Source: an uncultured Bifidobacteriaceae bacterium (GTDB lineage: Bacteria; Actinomycetota; Acidimicrobiia; IMCC26256; DASPTH01). From it: a stretch of DNA of 64,000 bases. This document shows positions 24,975 through 34,283 of this stretch, in pieces. A program made the translations under genes and the position numbers. The notes beneath the pieces were generated by a model, which saw only the letters and a program-made list of their open reading frames with translations, was not told the origin of the DNA and made no database searches. The DNA is taken from contig CAZDJK010000002.1 in NCBI GenBank assembly GCA_964505725.1, positions 19,426 to 83,425 of the forward strand, given 5' to 3'. Each line of letters starts with the position of its first letter. Position 1 is the stretch's first letter.

Positions 24975-26321
24975 GTGCTCGGCCTCGCGAGCGTCGGTAT
25001 CGCCACCGCGGTGCTCGTCGCACTCGGCGCCGACCTGACGTTCGCCGCCCTGACGCTGCTCTTCGTGGTGGTCGCGGCATCCCTGTTGGGTTACCCCGCC
25101 GGGGTGGCCAGCGCGGTGCTCGCAGCGATGCTGCTCAACTACTCGTTCACACCGCCGCTCCACTCCTTCTCCATCGAGAAGACGGACGACGTGCTCGCGC
25201 TGGCGGCGTTCGTGGCCATCTCGCTGATCGTGGGCTCGGCGGTGGCGCGCCTCAACGAGCTGCGGCGGCGGTCGGAGCTCGGCGCACGCGAGGCGCGGGT
25301 CCGCCTCGAGGCCACCAACGCGCTGCTGTCGGGACAGGATCCGTCCGCGGTCCTCCAGTCGGTCACCGACGAGCTCGTCGCCCTGTTCGACCTCGCGTGG
25401 TGCGAGGTCGTCGCGGGGGGCGCGTCCGCGCGCGCCACCGGTGAGGGCGAGGGGTCGGCGACAGTCGTGCTGCGCACGCCGTCGGCCGTGCTCCGCGCCG
25501 CCGTCGACCGGCCGCTCCGCGCCGACGAACGCGACACCCTCGAAGCGCTCTTGGCCGGGCTCGGCACCGCGCTCGACCGCAGCCGGCTGCAGCAGGAGGC
25601 GCGCGAGCAGCAGCTCCGCGCCGACCTCGACCGGAGCCGTATCGGCTTCCTCAGCGCGGTGACCCACGAGGTGCGCACGCCGATCGCCACCATCAGGACC
25701 GCCACCGGAGCACTGCGCTCGCCCTCGTCCTCCCTCGACGACCAGGAGCGCGCCGAGCTCGTCGACGCCGCCTACGAGGAGTCCACCCGCCTGGAGCGGC
25801 TCGTGACCAAGGTGCTCGACCTCACCCGGATCCGCGCCGGCGCGGTCACCCCGGAGGTCGAGCCGGTCTCCGTCGACGACCTCGTCCGTGCGGCGGTGAG
25901 CGCGCTCGGCCCCGCGGCCGCGGCGCGGGAGATCACGCTCGACGTCGACCCTGACCTCGACGCGCTCTCCGTCGATCCCCTCCTGCTCGAGCACGTGCTC
26001 GCCAACCTGCTCGAGAACGCGGTCGCCTACGACACGACAGGCGGGGCGATCGAGGTCCACGCAAGGGCGCGGCGCCGGCGGGTCGAGATCGCGGTGGTCG
26101 ACCACGGCCCCGGCATCGCGCCGCTCGACCGCGATCGGGTGTTCGACGAGTTCGTCCGCCTCCCCGGACCACCGGCGGCAGGGAGCGGCCTCGGGCTCAC
26201 GATCGTCCGCGCGCTGACCGAGGCGAACGGGGGCCACGTGAGGCTGGACGCGACGCCGGGCGGTGGGGCGACGTTCGTGCTCGACCTCCCGGCCGACCAC
26301 GGCGAGGAGGCCGGCGTTTGA
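24975..26321 (+). CDS. Sensor histidine kinase, KdpD C-terminal-half-like (DUF4118 membrane domain + HisKA + HATPase_c)
   Basis: LLFVVVAASLLGYPAGVASAVLAAMLLNYSFTPPLHSFSI (DUF4118-like). FLSAVTHEVRTPIATI (H-box). NLLENAV, DHGPGI, GSGLGLTIV. An in-frame TAG at 24864 precludes a longer N-terminus. Confidence 0.85.
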   Translation: MLGLASVGIATAVLVALGADLTFAALTLLFVVVAASLLGYPAGVASAVLAAMLLNYSFTPPLHSFSIEKTDDVLALAAFVAISLIVGSAVARLNELRRRSELGAREARVRLEATNALLSGQDPSAVLQSVTDELVALFDLAWCEVVAGGASARATGEGEGSATVVLRTPSAVLRAAVDRPLRADERDTLEALLAGLGTALDRSRLQQEAREQQLRADLDRSRIGFLSAVTHEVRTPIATIRTATGALRSPSSSLDDQERAELVDAAYEESTRLERLVTKVLDLTRIRAGAVTPEVEPVSVDDLVRAAVSALGPAAAAREITLDVDPDLDALSVDPLLLEHVLANLLENAVAYDTTGGAIEVHARARRRRVEIAVVDHGPGIAPLDRDRVFDEFVRLPGPPAAGSGLGLTIVRALTEANGGHVRLDATPGGGATFVLDLPADHGEEAGV

Positions 26322-27037
26322 GCGTGGTGCTGCTGGTCGAGGACGACAAGCTCCTGCGACGCGCGCTCCGGGCGAGCTTCCGCGGGTGGGGCTTCGACGT
26401 GCAGGAGGCCGAGCGCGGCGAGGAGGCGCTGAGCCTGGTGTCGGACGAGGCGCCCGACCTCGTGGTGCTCGACCTCAGCCTGCCCGGCATCGACGGGCTC
26501 GAGACGCTCCGGCACCTGCGCACGTTCACGAGCGTGCCCGTGATCGTCCTGACCGTCCGCGACTCGCTCAACGACAAGGTGAGCGCGCTCGAGTCGGGCG
26601 CCGACGACTACCTGGTCAAGCCGTTCGAGCCCGACGAGCTCCTGGCGCGCGCACGGGCCCACCTCCGCCGCATCACCACCCCCGAGCACCGTGCCGCGCT
26701 GGTGCGCTCGGGCGACCTCGAGATCGACCTCACCCGCCAGCGGGTGACCTGGGCGGGCGAGCCGGTGGCGCTCACGCCCACCGAGTTGCGCCTCCTCGAG
26801 GTCCTGCTCGCACATCGCGGCCGTCTCGTGACGCGCGAGCAGCTCCTGGAGCAGGTGTGGGGGTCGACGCAGCGGAGCGACCACGGGCGCCTGCGGGTGT
26901 TCGTGCTGCACCTCCGGCGCAAGCTCCACGACGACGCGGCCCGCCCCCGCCTCATCTTCACCGAGCCCGGGCTCGGCTACCGCTGGATCGGCGAGCACGA
27001 GGAGGCGTTGGTCGCGGAGGACGACGCCGCCACCTGA
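26318..27037 (+). CDS. OmpR/KdpE-family response regulator
   Basis: VLLVEDDKLLRRAL...PDLVVLDLSLPGIDGLE..VIVLTVRDSLNDKVSALESGADDYLVKPF, plus a winged-helix C-terminus (LTPTELRLLEVLL...YRW). The start overlaps the kinase stop. Confidence 0.9.
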   Translation: MSVVLLVEDDKLLRRALRASFRGWGFDVQEAERGEEALSLVSDEAPDLVVLDLSLPGIDGLETLRHLRTFTSVPVIVLTVRDSLNDKVSALESGADDYLVKPFEPDELLARARAHLRRITTPEHRAALVRSGDLEIDLTRQRVTWAGEPVALTPTELRLLEVLLAHRGRLVTREQLLEQVWGSTQRSDHGRLRVFVLHLRRKLHDDAARPRLIFTEPGLGYRWIGEHEEALVAEDDAAT

Positions 27038-27097
27038 CAAGACTCGCAAGGTTCTCGTCAGCGATACGAATTCTTCCGTTGGCTTCCTAAGAAATAC

Positions 27098-27135
27098 GAC
27101 AGATTCCCGTGAGACTCCCGTAACCCTGGGTTGAC
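27098..27135. promoter_or_regulatory. Four pentamers phased at 11 bp upstream of amt (candidate OmpR-family/GlnR-type binding site)
   Basis: GACAG-attccc-GTGAG-actccc-GTAAC-cctggg-TTGAC. The first two 11-mers are 8/11 identical. On the opposite strand GTTAC-n6-CTCAC gives an AC-n9-AC spacing. Confidence 0.3.
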
Positions 27136-27233
27136 GCCCGCGAGACGCGGGTGTCGCGGTGCCTTCTTACCTTCCTCCTCGGCGCGCGGCGCGCGCGCCC
27201 GCCTTTTGGGGCTCGTCGAAGGGAGCGGTGCGG

Positions 27234-28871
27234 GTGTCGAAGACTCAGAAGTTCTGGGCCCTCACGTTGATCACGCTGATCGCGCTGATCGCGGTGGGTC
27301 ATTGGAGTCCGAACAATGGAGATCCCGGCGGGCCCAGCGGCACTGCGAGCGGGAACGCCACCATCGTCCAGGCGACCAAGGCGGCGACCAACAACCCCCT
27401 CGGGATCACCAAGGTGCCGCTGTCGGCGGCGGGTATGCAGGAGCTGGCCAGCGGCGTCGCACACGTCGCGATCTCGGTGAACTTCACCTGGCTGCTGCTC
27501 ACCGGCTTCCTGGTGCTCTTCATGCAGGTCGGGTTCGCGTTCCTCGTCACCGGGCTCACGCGAGCGAAAAACGCCGGCCACATGATGATGATGAACCTGG
27601 TTTCGTTCGTCGTCGCGCTGATGGCGTACTACGCGGTCGGCTTCGCGTTTCAGTTCGGCGGGGTGGCACCGATCACGAACCTCGGGGGCACCGCGCCACT
27701 GAGCAGCATCTTCGGCCACGGCAGCGCGGGGATCATCGGCCTGCACGGCTTCTTCCTGCAGACGGGGAGCACCTATGACGTCGGCGTGATGGCGTTCTTC
27801 CTGTTCCAAGTCGTCTTCATGGAGACCGCCGGCTACATCATCATCGGCGCCATCGCCGAGCGCATCAGCTTCGCCGGCTTCCTGTTCGCCGAGGTCGCGA
27901 TGGGTGCGATCGTCTACCCGATCTACGGCAACTGGATGTGGGGCGGCGGCTGGCTCTCGAAGCTCGGCATATCGGCGGGTCTGGGCCACGGCGCCGTCGA
28001 CTTCGCCGGTTCGGGGGTGGTGCACGCGACCGGCGGCTGGGCCGCGCTGGCGCTAGCGATGCTGTTGGGGCCGCGTATCGGCAAGTACCGCAGCGACGGC
28101 ACACCACGCGCGTTTCCCGGTCACAACCTCGGCTACGTGGTGATCGGAACCCTCGTGCTGACGTTCGGATGGATGGGCTTCAACCCCGGCTCGACCTTCG
28201 GCGCCACCGACCTCCGCATCGGCATCGTCGCGGTCAACACACTGCTCGCGGCGTCCGCGGGCGCCATCATGGCGATGGCGTGGACCAACTGGAAGTGGGG
28301 CAAGCCCGACATCTCCATGACGTGCAACGGCATGCTCGCCGGGCTCGTCGCCATCACCGCACCGTGCGCGTTCGTCGCACCGTGGGCGGCGACGGTGATC
28401 GGGGTCGTCGCCGGCGCGCTCGTGTGCTGGAGCGTCGAGTTCTTCGACAAGAAGGCGAAGATCGACGACCCGTGCGGCGCGATCTCCGTGCACGGGACCT
28501 GCGGCGCGTGGGGCGTGCTCTCGGTCGGGCTCTTCGCCGACGGCACCTACGGCCTTGGCTGGAACGGCGTCAGCGGCACCGTGCACGGCCTCTTCTACGG
28601 TCATGGCGGCGGCGGCCAGCTCCTCGCCCAGATGATCGACGTCGTCGTCGGCTTCGTGTGGGCGTGGGGTGCCATGTACCTGCTCTTCGCGCTGGCCAAG
28701 AGGTTCATCGTGACCCGCGTGTCGCCCGAGGTCGAGATCGAAGGCCTCGACGAGGGCGAGTTCGGCCAGGTCTGCTACCCCGACTTCGTGCTGCGGGTGG
28801 AGACCGACAGCGGCATCACCGACGAGCTCGACGTGCGCGCCGGTTCCTCGGGCACGCCCGTCACGAGCTGA
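27234..28871 (+). CDS. amt: Ammonium transporter (Amt family) with extended N- and C-termini
   Basis: GTG 27234 lies 8 nt after GGGAG. VNFTWLLLTGFLVLFMQVGFAFLVTGLTRAKN..VDFAGSGVVHATGGWAALA..AITAPCAFV..DDPCGAISVHGTCGAWGVL. Confidence 0.9.
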   Translation: MSKTQKFWALTLITLIALIAVGHWSPNNGDPGGPSGTASGNATIVQATKAATNNPLGITKVPLSAAGMQELASGVAHVAISVNFTWLLLTGFLVLFMQVGFAFLVTGLTRAKNAGHMMMMNLVSFVVALMAYYAVGFAFQFGGVAPITNLGGTAPLSSIFGHGSAGIIGLHGFFLQTGSTYDVGVMAFFLFQVVFMETAGYIIIGAIAERISFAGFLFAEVAMGAIVYPIYGNWMWGGGWLSKLGISAGLGHGAVDFAGSGVVHATGGWAALALAMLLGPRIGKYRSDGTPRAFPGHNLGYVVIGTLVLTFGWMGFNPGSTFGATDLRIGIVAVNTLLAASAGAIMAMAWTNWKWGKPDISMTCNGMLAGLVAITAPCAFVAPWAATVIGVVAGALVCWSVEFFDKKAKIDDPCGAISVHGTCGAWGVLSVGLFADGTYGLGWNGVSGTVHGLFYGHGGGGQLLAQMIDVVVGFVWAWGAMYLLFALAKRFIVTRVSPEVEIEGLDEGEFGQVCYPDFVLRVETDSGITDELDVRAGSSGTPVTS

Positions 28872-28977
28872 TGACACCGGAGCGGGGGGAGGCGGTGGCG
28901 CGGCGACGGTGCCGGGCCCGCCGTCCCTCCCCGCTCCCTGCCACACTCGACATCACCACGAGGGCCAGGAGGCTCGC

Positions 28978-29316
28978 ATGAAGCTCATCATCGCCGTGAT
29001 CAAGCCGTTCAAGATCGAAGAGGTCACGCACGCGCTGAACGAGATCGGCGTCTCGGGTGTCACTATCACCGAGGTGCGCGGTTACGGGCGCCAGCGCGGC
29101 CACACCGAGGTGTACCGCGGCGCCGAATACAAGATCGACTACCTGCCCAAGGTCCGGATCGAGATCGTGGCCGACGACGGCGACGCCGACAAGATCGTCG
29201 CCGCGATCTGCGACAGCGCGCGCACGGGGTCGATCGGCGACGGCAAGTACTGGGTCATCCCCATCGAGACCGTCGGCCGCATCCGAACCGGCGAGGTCGG
29301 CGTCGATGCGCTCTGA
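28978..29316 (+). CDS. glnK: P-II family nitrogen regulatory protein
   Basis: MKLIIAVIKPFKIEEVTHALNEIGVSGVTITEVRGYGRQRGHTEVYRGAEYKIDYLPKVRIEIV. CCAGGAGG lies upstream. 112 aa. Confidence 0.95.
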   Translation: MKLIIAVIKPFKIEEVTHALNEIGVSGVTITEVRGYGRQRGHTEVYRGAEYKIDYLPKVRIEIVADDGDADKIVAAICDSARTGSIGDGKYWVIPIETVGRIRTGEVGVDAL

Positions 29317-29341
29317 CCTGGCCGTCCCGCGGGACACGACG

Positions 29342-29782
29342 ATGGCACCGGAACCGGACCGGTACCGCACCACGCTCGTGCGGATGCTGGAGGACATCGT
29401 GCGACCTCCGGAGCGGATCCTCGCCGTCCTCCCCTTCGTCACCACGCGCAAGCGCCCGAAGCAGCCCGGCGCCCCGCGCGGCAAGGCGGGAAAGGTCCGC
29501 GTCGGCGTCTACCAGTCGTGGAGGCGGTACCGGCCCCTCGTGGTGACCGATCGCCGCCTCTTCGTGTTCGAGACCGGTCGCACGCCGAACCCACGTGAGG
29601 TGCTCGCGGTGTTCGCGCTGGCCGACATCGAGCTCGTGTCGTCGGCGCCGTCGGGCTTCGGCGCGACCGGGTTCGTGCTCGAGCTCCCAGGGGTCGGCCA
29701 GGTGCCGTTCGAGGCCGGGCGACGTGAGCAAGGCGATCTGGAGGTGCTGGTCGAGCTCCTCGGAGGTGCGCCGGCTACTTGA
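29342..29782 (+). CDS. Hypothetical protein (possibly PH/GRAM-like)
   Basis: MAPEPDRYRTTLVRMLEDIVRPPERILAVLPF...LVVTDRRLFVFETGRTPNPREVLAVFALADIELV. An alternative ATG at 29306 overlaps the glnK end. Confidence 0.5.
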   Translation: MAPEPDRYRTTLVRMLEDIVRPPERILAVLPFVTTRKRPKQPGAPRGKAGKVRVGVYQSWRRYRPLVVTDRRLFVFETGRTPNPREVLAVFALADIELVSSAPSGFGATGFVLELPGVGQVPFEAGRREQGDLEVLVELLGGAPAT

Positions 29783-30545
29783 GGATGTTCACGGCGCGCG
29801 CGATCACGAGCGCGGCCAGCACGAGCGACAGCGCGCTCTGGAGCATCATCGTGAACTTGGCCCAGCGCGTGAGGGGCATCACGTCGGTGGGGCTGAACGC
29901 GGTCGCGTTCGTGAACGACGTGTAGAGATAGTCGTAGAACTCGGGCTTCCAGCCCGGCGGGGTCAGCCGCTCGTCGGTGAACTGGGGGAACAGGAAGTCC
30001 TGGTAGCGGCGCGGCACGACCAGCCGCGCGACCGGGCCCCCGCAGTCGAACTCCCAGTACCAGAGCCCGAACACGATCACGTTCACGACCCAGATCGAGC
30101 CGCCCGCGTAGATCAGGGTCTTGGGATCGCGGATGCCGACGCCGTTGAGCAGATCGTCGATGAGGCGCACCCCCGAGCCCGCGTTCGCGACGGTCAGCAC
30201 GGCGATCAGCAGCAGGGTTGCGGCCCGGAGCCGGCGCGACTGGCGGTCGACGCGACGCGGGTTCACGACGATGATCCCGATCAGGAGCATCGCCGCGATG
30301 CCGGGGAGGAACCAGCGCGGGTTGTTGGCCACTCGGGCGGGGAGGAGCAGCTGGAGCACGATGGCGACGACGATCGCGCCCGAGACGAGCAGCCGCGACT
30401 CCGCTTCGACGCCCGGGTGCAACGCGGGCGCGATCTCGGTCTCGAACGCTCGCCTGCCGAAATGGACGGGGTCGAGCAGCCGGTCCCACCAGCGGCCGCT
30501 CCCGCGGCGGCCGTGGGCGGGGTGCGCGCCGCTCGGGGTGTCCAC
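29775..30545 (-). CDS. DUF1345-like membrane protein
   Basis: GTG 30545. ...LLVSGAIVVAIVLQLLLP...WVVNVIVFGLWYWEFD...FYDYLYTSFTNATAFSPTDVMPLTRWAKFTMMLQSALSLVL. Confidence 0.75.
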   Translation of the reverse strand: MDTPSGAHPAHGRRGSGRWWDRLLDPVHFGRRAFETEIAPALHPGVEAESRLLVSGAIVVAIVLQLLLPARVANNPRWFLPGIAAMLLIGIIVVNPRRVDRQSRRLRAATLLLIAVLTVANAGSGVRLIDDLLNGVGIRDPKTLIYAGGSIWVVNVIVFGLWYWEFDCGGPVARLVVPRRYQDFLFPQFTDERLTPPGWKPEFYDYLYTSFTNATAFSPTDVMPLTRWAKFTMMLQSALSLVLAALVIARAVNILK

Positions 30546-30586
30546 CGCGACAGTTTGCAACGCGCCCGGAGCGCGGGCGGAGATGC

Positions 30587-31192
30587 TCAGGCGTCGACCG
30601 CGACACCGATCGCGTCGATCGCGCGCAACGCCATGTCGCCCACGATCTCGCCGAGGCGCTCGTCGGGCACGCGCGACTCGAAGCTCGCGACCGCGTTGAG
30701 CAACCCGAGCACCGCGTTGACCACCGCGACCGCCTCGGCATCGGACATGTCGGGCCGGAGCCCGACCACGACGTCGGCCCACACCTGCACGTAGGCGCGC
30801 TGCTTCCGACGCAGGCGCCGACGGTCGGCGTCGGGGAGGTTGATCTCCTCTTGGTGGTACACCGCGATCACGGCACGGTTCGTGAGCGCGAACTCCACGT
30901 GGCTGCACACGAGCGCGTGGAGCGCCGCCGACTGGTCAGTGACCTCGAGCGCGACGCGCGCCCGGTCGTCGAGCTCGTCGGCGACCCGGTCGAACAGCGC
31001 CACGAGGAGCTGCTGCTTGTTCCGGAAGTGCCGGTAGATCGCGGAGCCGGTGACGCCCGCCGCGGCGCCGATGTCGACGATCCCGACCGAGTGGAAGCCG
31101 CGCTCGGCCACGAGCTCGGCGGTCGCGTCGAGCAGGCGCTGGCGGCGCTTCTGACCGTGGGGTGTCGAGGCCGACGGGCGGGCGGTGGCCAC
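30587..31192 (-). CDS. TetR/AcrR family transcriptional regulator
   Basis: RRQRLLDATAELVAERGFHSVGIVDIGAAAGVTGSAIYRHFRNKQQLL. Confidence 0.9.
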   Translation of the reverse strand: MATARPSASTPHGQKRRQRLLDATAELVAERGFHSVGIVDIGAAAGVTGSAIYRHFRNKQQLLVALFDRVADELDDRARVALEVTDQSAALHALVCSHVEFALTNRAVIAVYHQEEINLPDADRRRLRRKQRAYVQVWADVVVGLRPDMSDAEAVAVVNAVLGLLNAVASFESRVPDERLGEIVGDMALRAIDAIGVAVDA

Positions 31193-31201
31193 GCGGCGAC
31201 C

Positions 31202-32356
31202 CTAGTAAGACTTCGGCAGACCCATCACCTTCTGGGCGACGAAGTTGAGGATCATCTCGCGGCTCACCGGCGCGATGCGCAGGAAGCGCGCGAGCCCCCA
31301 CATGTCGGCCAGCCCGTACTCCGAGGTGAGCCCGTTCCCGCCGTGGGTCTGGATCGAGGCGTCGAGTGCGCGCAGGCACGCTTCGGCAGCCGCGTACTTC
31401 GCCATGTTCGCCGCCTCGGCCGCGCCCGGGAGCTCGCCGTCATTGAGGAACGCGGCCTTGGCCGTCATGAGGCGCGCCAGCTCGACCTCGACCCGGGCCG
31501 CGGCGAGCGGGTGTGCGATCCCCTGGTGGGTGCCGATGGGCGCGTCCCACACCGCGCGGTCGCACGCGTACGTGACCGCCTTGTCGAGCGCGTAGCGGGC
31601 GATCCCGTTGCCGAGCGCAGCGCCGATCACCCGCTCGGGGTTGAGCCCGTAGAACACCTGGCGCAGACCGTCGTTCTCGGTGCCGAGGAGACGGCCGGCC
31701 GGGACCTCGACGTCGTCGAGGAACAGCAGGAACTGCTTCTCGGGCGCCGAGATCTCGATCGGCACGTGCGTCATCTCGAGGCCGGGCGCGTCGCGGTCGA
31801 CGACGAACAACGAGAGCAGTCCCCGCCCCGTGACCTCGTGGGTGCCGGTGCGGGCGACCACCATGATCCAGTCGGACTCGTCGGCGCCCGAGATGAAGAG
31901 CTTCGAGCCGCGGAGCCGGTAGACGTCGCCGTCGCGCCGGGCGACGGTGGCGAGTCGATGGCTGTTGGACCCGGCGTCGGCCTCGGTGATCGCGAACGCC
32001 ATCTTGCGTCCGGCCACGAACGCAGGGAGGAACTCGGTGCGCTGCGCCCCGGTGCCGAAACGCGTGATGAGCTCGCCACAGATCGCGGGCGTGACCAGCA
32101 CCAGCAACAGCGGGCAGCCCCGCGCCGCCACCTCCTCGCACACGATCGCGAGCTCGGCGAGCCCGCCGCCGCCCCCGCCGTACTCCTCCGGGAGGTTCAC
32201 CGAGAGGAAGCCGGCGTCGGCCAACGCCTGCCAGAGCTCGTCGGTCTTCGCGCCGGTGCGGGTGCACTCCGCGTAGTACTCGTGCCCGAACTTGGCTGCG
32301 ATGTCGCCGACCGCCTCGCGGAGCATGACCTGTTCGGGCGACTCGGTGAAGTCCAT
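31202..32356 (-). CDS. Acyl-CoA dehydrogenase family protein
   Basis: ATG 32356 follows GGTGGAGGGGGGG. MDFTESPEQVMLREAVGDIAAKF...FAITEADAGSNSHRLATVARRDGDVYRLRGSKLFISG...THGGNGLTSEY. Confidence 0.9.
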   Translation of the reverse strand: MDFTESPEQVMLREAVGDIAAKFGHEYYAECTRTGAKTDELWQALADAGFLSVNLPEEYGGGGGGLAELAIVCEEVAARGCPLLLVLVTPAICGELITRFGTGAQRTEFLPAFVAGRKMAFAITEADAGSNSHRLATVARRDGDVYRLRGSKLFISGADESDWIMVVARTGTHEVTGRGLLSLFVVDRDAPGLEMTHVPIEISAPEKQFLLFLDDVEVPAGRLLGTENDGLRQVFYGLNPERVIGAALGNGIARYALDKAVTYACDRAVWDAPIGTHQGIAHPLAAARVEVELARLMTAKAAFLNDGELPGAAEAANMAKYAAAEACLRALDASIQTHGGNGLTSEYGLADMWGLARFLRIAPVSREMILNFVAQKVMGLPKSY

Positions 32357-32480
32357 GTCGGCCCCCCCTCCACCGATGTGATCCGCTGATAACATAGCGC
32401 CGCCGGCGCCCCACGCGGGCTGGAATTCGCCTCGAAACGGGAAGCGGAGAGGGGACGATGCGCTCGGGGAGTGCAGACGC

Positions 32481-34283
32481 TCAGGCCACCTGGCCGGCGC
32501 CCGACGACACCGCGGCGGCGGTCCAGGACGCGTAGAGGCTCGCATACCGACCCTCGCGGCGGACGAGCTCGTCGTGGGTGCCGAGCTCGGCCAAGCGCCC
32601 GTCGTCCACCACGCCCACGCGGTCGGCACGGGCGGCGGTCGACAGGCGATGGGCCACCACCACGACCGTCCTCCCCGCGGTCAGGTGCTCGAGCGCCTGC
32701 TCCACCGCCTGTTCGGTGCCGGGATCGAGGTTCGACGTCGCCTCGTCGAGCACGAGCACGGCAGGGTCGGCCAGCGCGGCACGCGCGAGCGAGACGAGCT
32801 GGCGCTCGCCGGCGGACAGCCGGGAGCCCCGCTCCCGCACCTCGGTGCCGAGCCCGTCGGGGAGGGCCGCGAAGCGGTCGCGCAACCCCAGGGCGTCGAC
32901 GGCTGCCTCGACGTCGGCGTCGCTCGCGCCGAGTCGGCCCACCCGGATGTTGTCTCGCACCGTGCCCGCGTAGAGGAACCCCTCCTGGGGCACGACGACG
33001 ATGCGTCGACGCAGTGACGCCATCGTCGCGTCACGCAGGTCGACCCCGCCGAAGGCGACCGAACCCGCCCGCGGGTCGTAGAAGCGCGCCACCAGCTTCG
33101 CGAGCGTCGACTTCCCCGCACCGGTCGGGCCCACGAGAGCGATGCGCTCGCCGCGGGCGACAGTGAGCGTGACGTCGCTCAGCACGTCCTGCGCGCCGTA
33201 GGCGAAGGACACGTGGTCGACCTCGATCGCGCCCTCGGCCGGGAGGTCGACCGCGTCCTCGTGCTCGGCGATCGAGGCGGGCGTGTCGAGCAGCTCGAAC
33301 AGCTTGGTCAACGCGGCCGCCGACGACTGCACCGTGTTGTAGAACTGGCTGATCTGCTGGACCGGCTCGAACAGGTTGTTGACGTAGAGCACGAACGCCG
33401 CGACCGTCCCCACGGTCGCGATCCCCTGGTCGACGAACACGCCGCCGAGCCCGATGATCGTCGCCATCGCCGCGACGCCGCAGAGGTCCACGAACGGGAA
33501 GTAGCGGATCGAGATCCGAACCGCGGCCATGTTGGCGTCGAACTGCGCTTCGTTGGTGCCCTGGAACCGGTCGACGAAGGAGGGCTCGCGCCCGAACGCC
33601 TGCACCACGCGCACCCCCGCGAGCCCCTCCTGCAGGTTGGCGAGGTTGTGGCCGATGCGCTCGCGTACCTCGAGGTACGCCTTGCTCGACTCCCGTTGGA
33701 ACCACCGGGTGGCGAAGTAGATGGGCGGGACCACGATCGTCAACACGAGCGCGAGCTGCCAGCTCATGACGAACACCACGATCAAGGCCCCGGCGAGCAG
33801 GAACAGGTTCTGCACGATCGCGATGAGCCCCACCTGCACCATCTCCTGGAGCGCGTCCACGTCGGACGTCATGCGCGCGACGAGCCGACCGGTCTGCTCG
33901 GTCTCGAAGAAGTCGAGGCCGAGGCTCATGAGGTGCCCGAACACCCGCTCGCGCAGGTCGCGGAGGAACGTCTCGCCGATGTTGGCGACGAGCTTGATCG
34001 CCGCTCGGGCGAAGAAGAAGCCCGCGATCGCCACCACGACGAAGAGTCCGCCGGCGACGTCGAGCACGTCGCCGTCAGCGGCGTCGATGCCGTGGTCGAT
34101 GCCGAAGCGGACGAGCGCGGGCCCCGCGAGCATGCACGCGGTCTGGCCGAGGAGGAGCAGGACGGCACCCGAGACCCGCCACCGCTGCGCGTGGAGCAGG
34201 ACCCGGACCCTCGACATGAGGTCCCGAGCGTCCACTTGGGTGTCCTCCTCCGGCGCCGGCACCGGCGTGGTCACCGCGCTCAC
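32481..34283 (-). CDS. ABC exporter, fused transmembrane and ATP-binding domains (heterodimer partner B)
   Basis: 600 aa. Six-TM domain, then GPTGAGKSTLAKLVARFYD, LSAGERQLVSLARAAL, LVLDEATSNLD. Confidence 0.9.
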   Translation of the reverse strand: MSAVTTPVPAPEEDTQVDARDLMSRVRVLLHAQRWRVSGAVLLLLGQTACMLAGPALVRFGIDHGIDAADGDVLDVAGGLFVVVAIAGFFFARAAIKLVANIGETFLRDLRERVFGHLMSLGLDFFETEQTGRLVARMTSDVDALQEMVQVGLIAIVQNLFLLAGALIVVFVMSWQLALVLTIVVPPIYFATRWFQRESSKAYLEVRERIGHNLANLQEGLAGVRVVQAFGREPSFVDRFQGTNEAQFDANMAAVRISIRYFPFVDLCGVAAMATIIGLGGVFVDQGIATVGTVAAFVLYVNNLFEPVQQISQFYNTVQSSAAALTKLFELLDTPASIAEHEDAVDLPAEGAIEVDHVSFAYGAQDVLSDVTLTVARGERIALVGPTGAGKSTLAKLVARFYDPRAGSVAFGGVDLRDATMASLRRRIVVVPQEGFLYAGTVRDNIRVGRLGASDADVEAAVDALGLRDRFAALPDGLGTEVRERGSRLSAGERQLVSLARAALADPAVLVLDEATSNLDPGTEQAVEQALEHLTAGRTVVVVAHRLSTAARADRVGVVDDGRLAELGTHDELVRREGRYASLYASWTAAAVSSGAGQVA

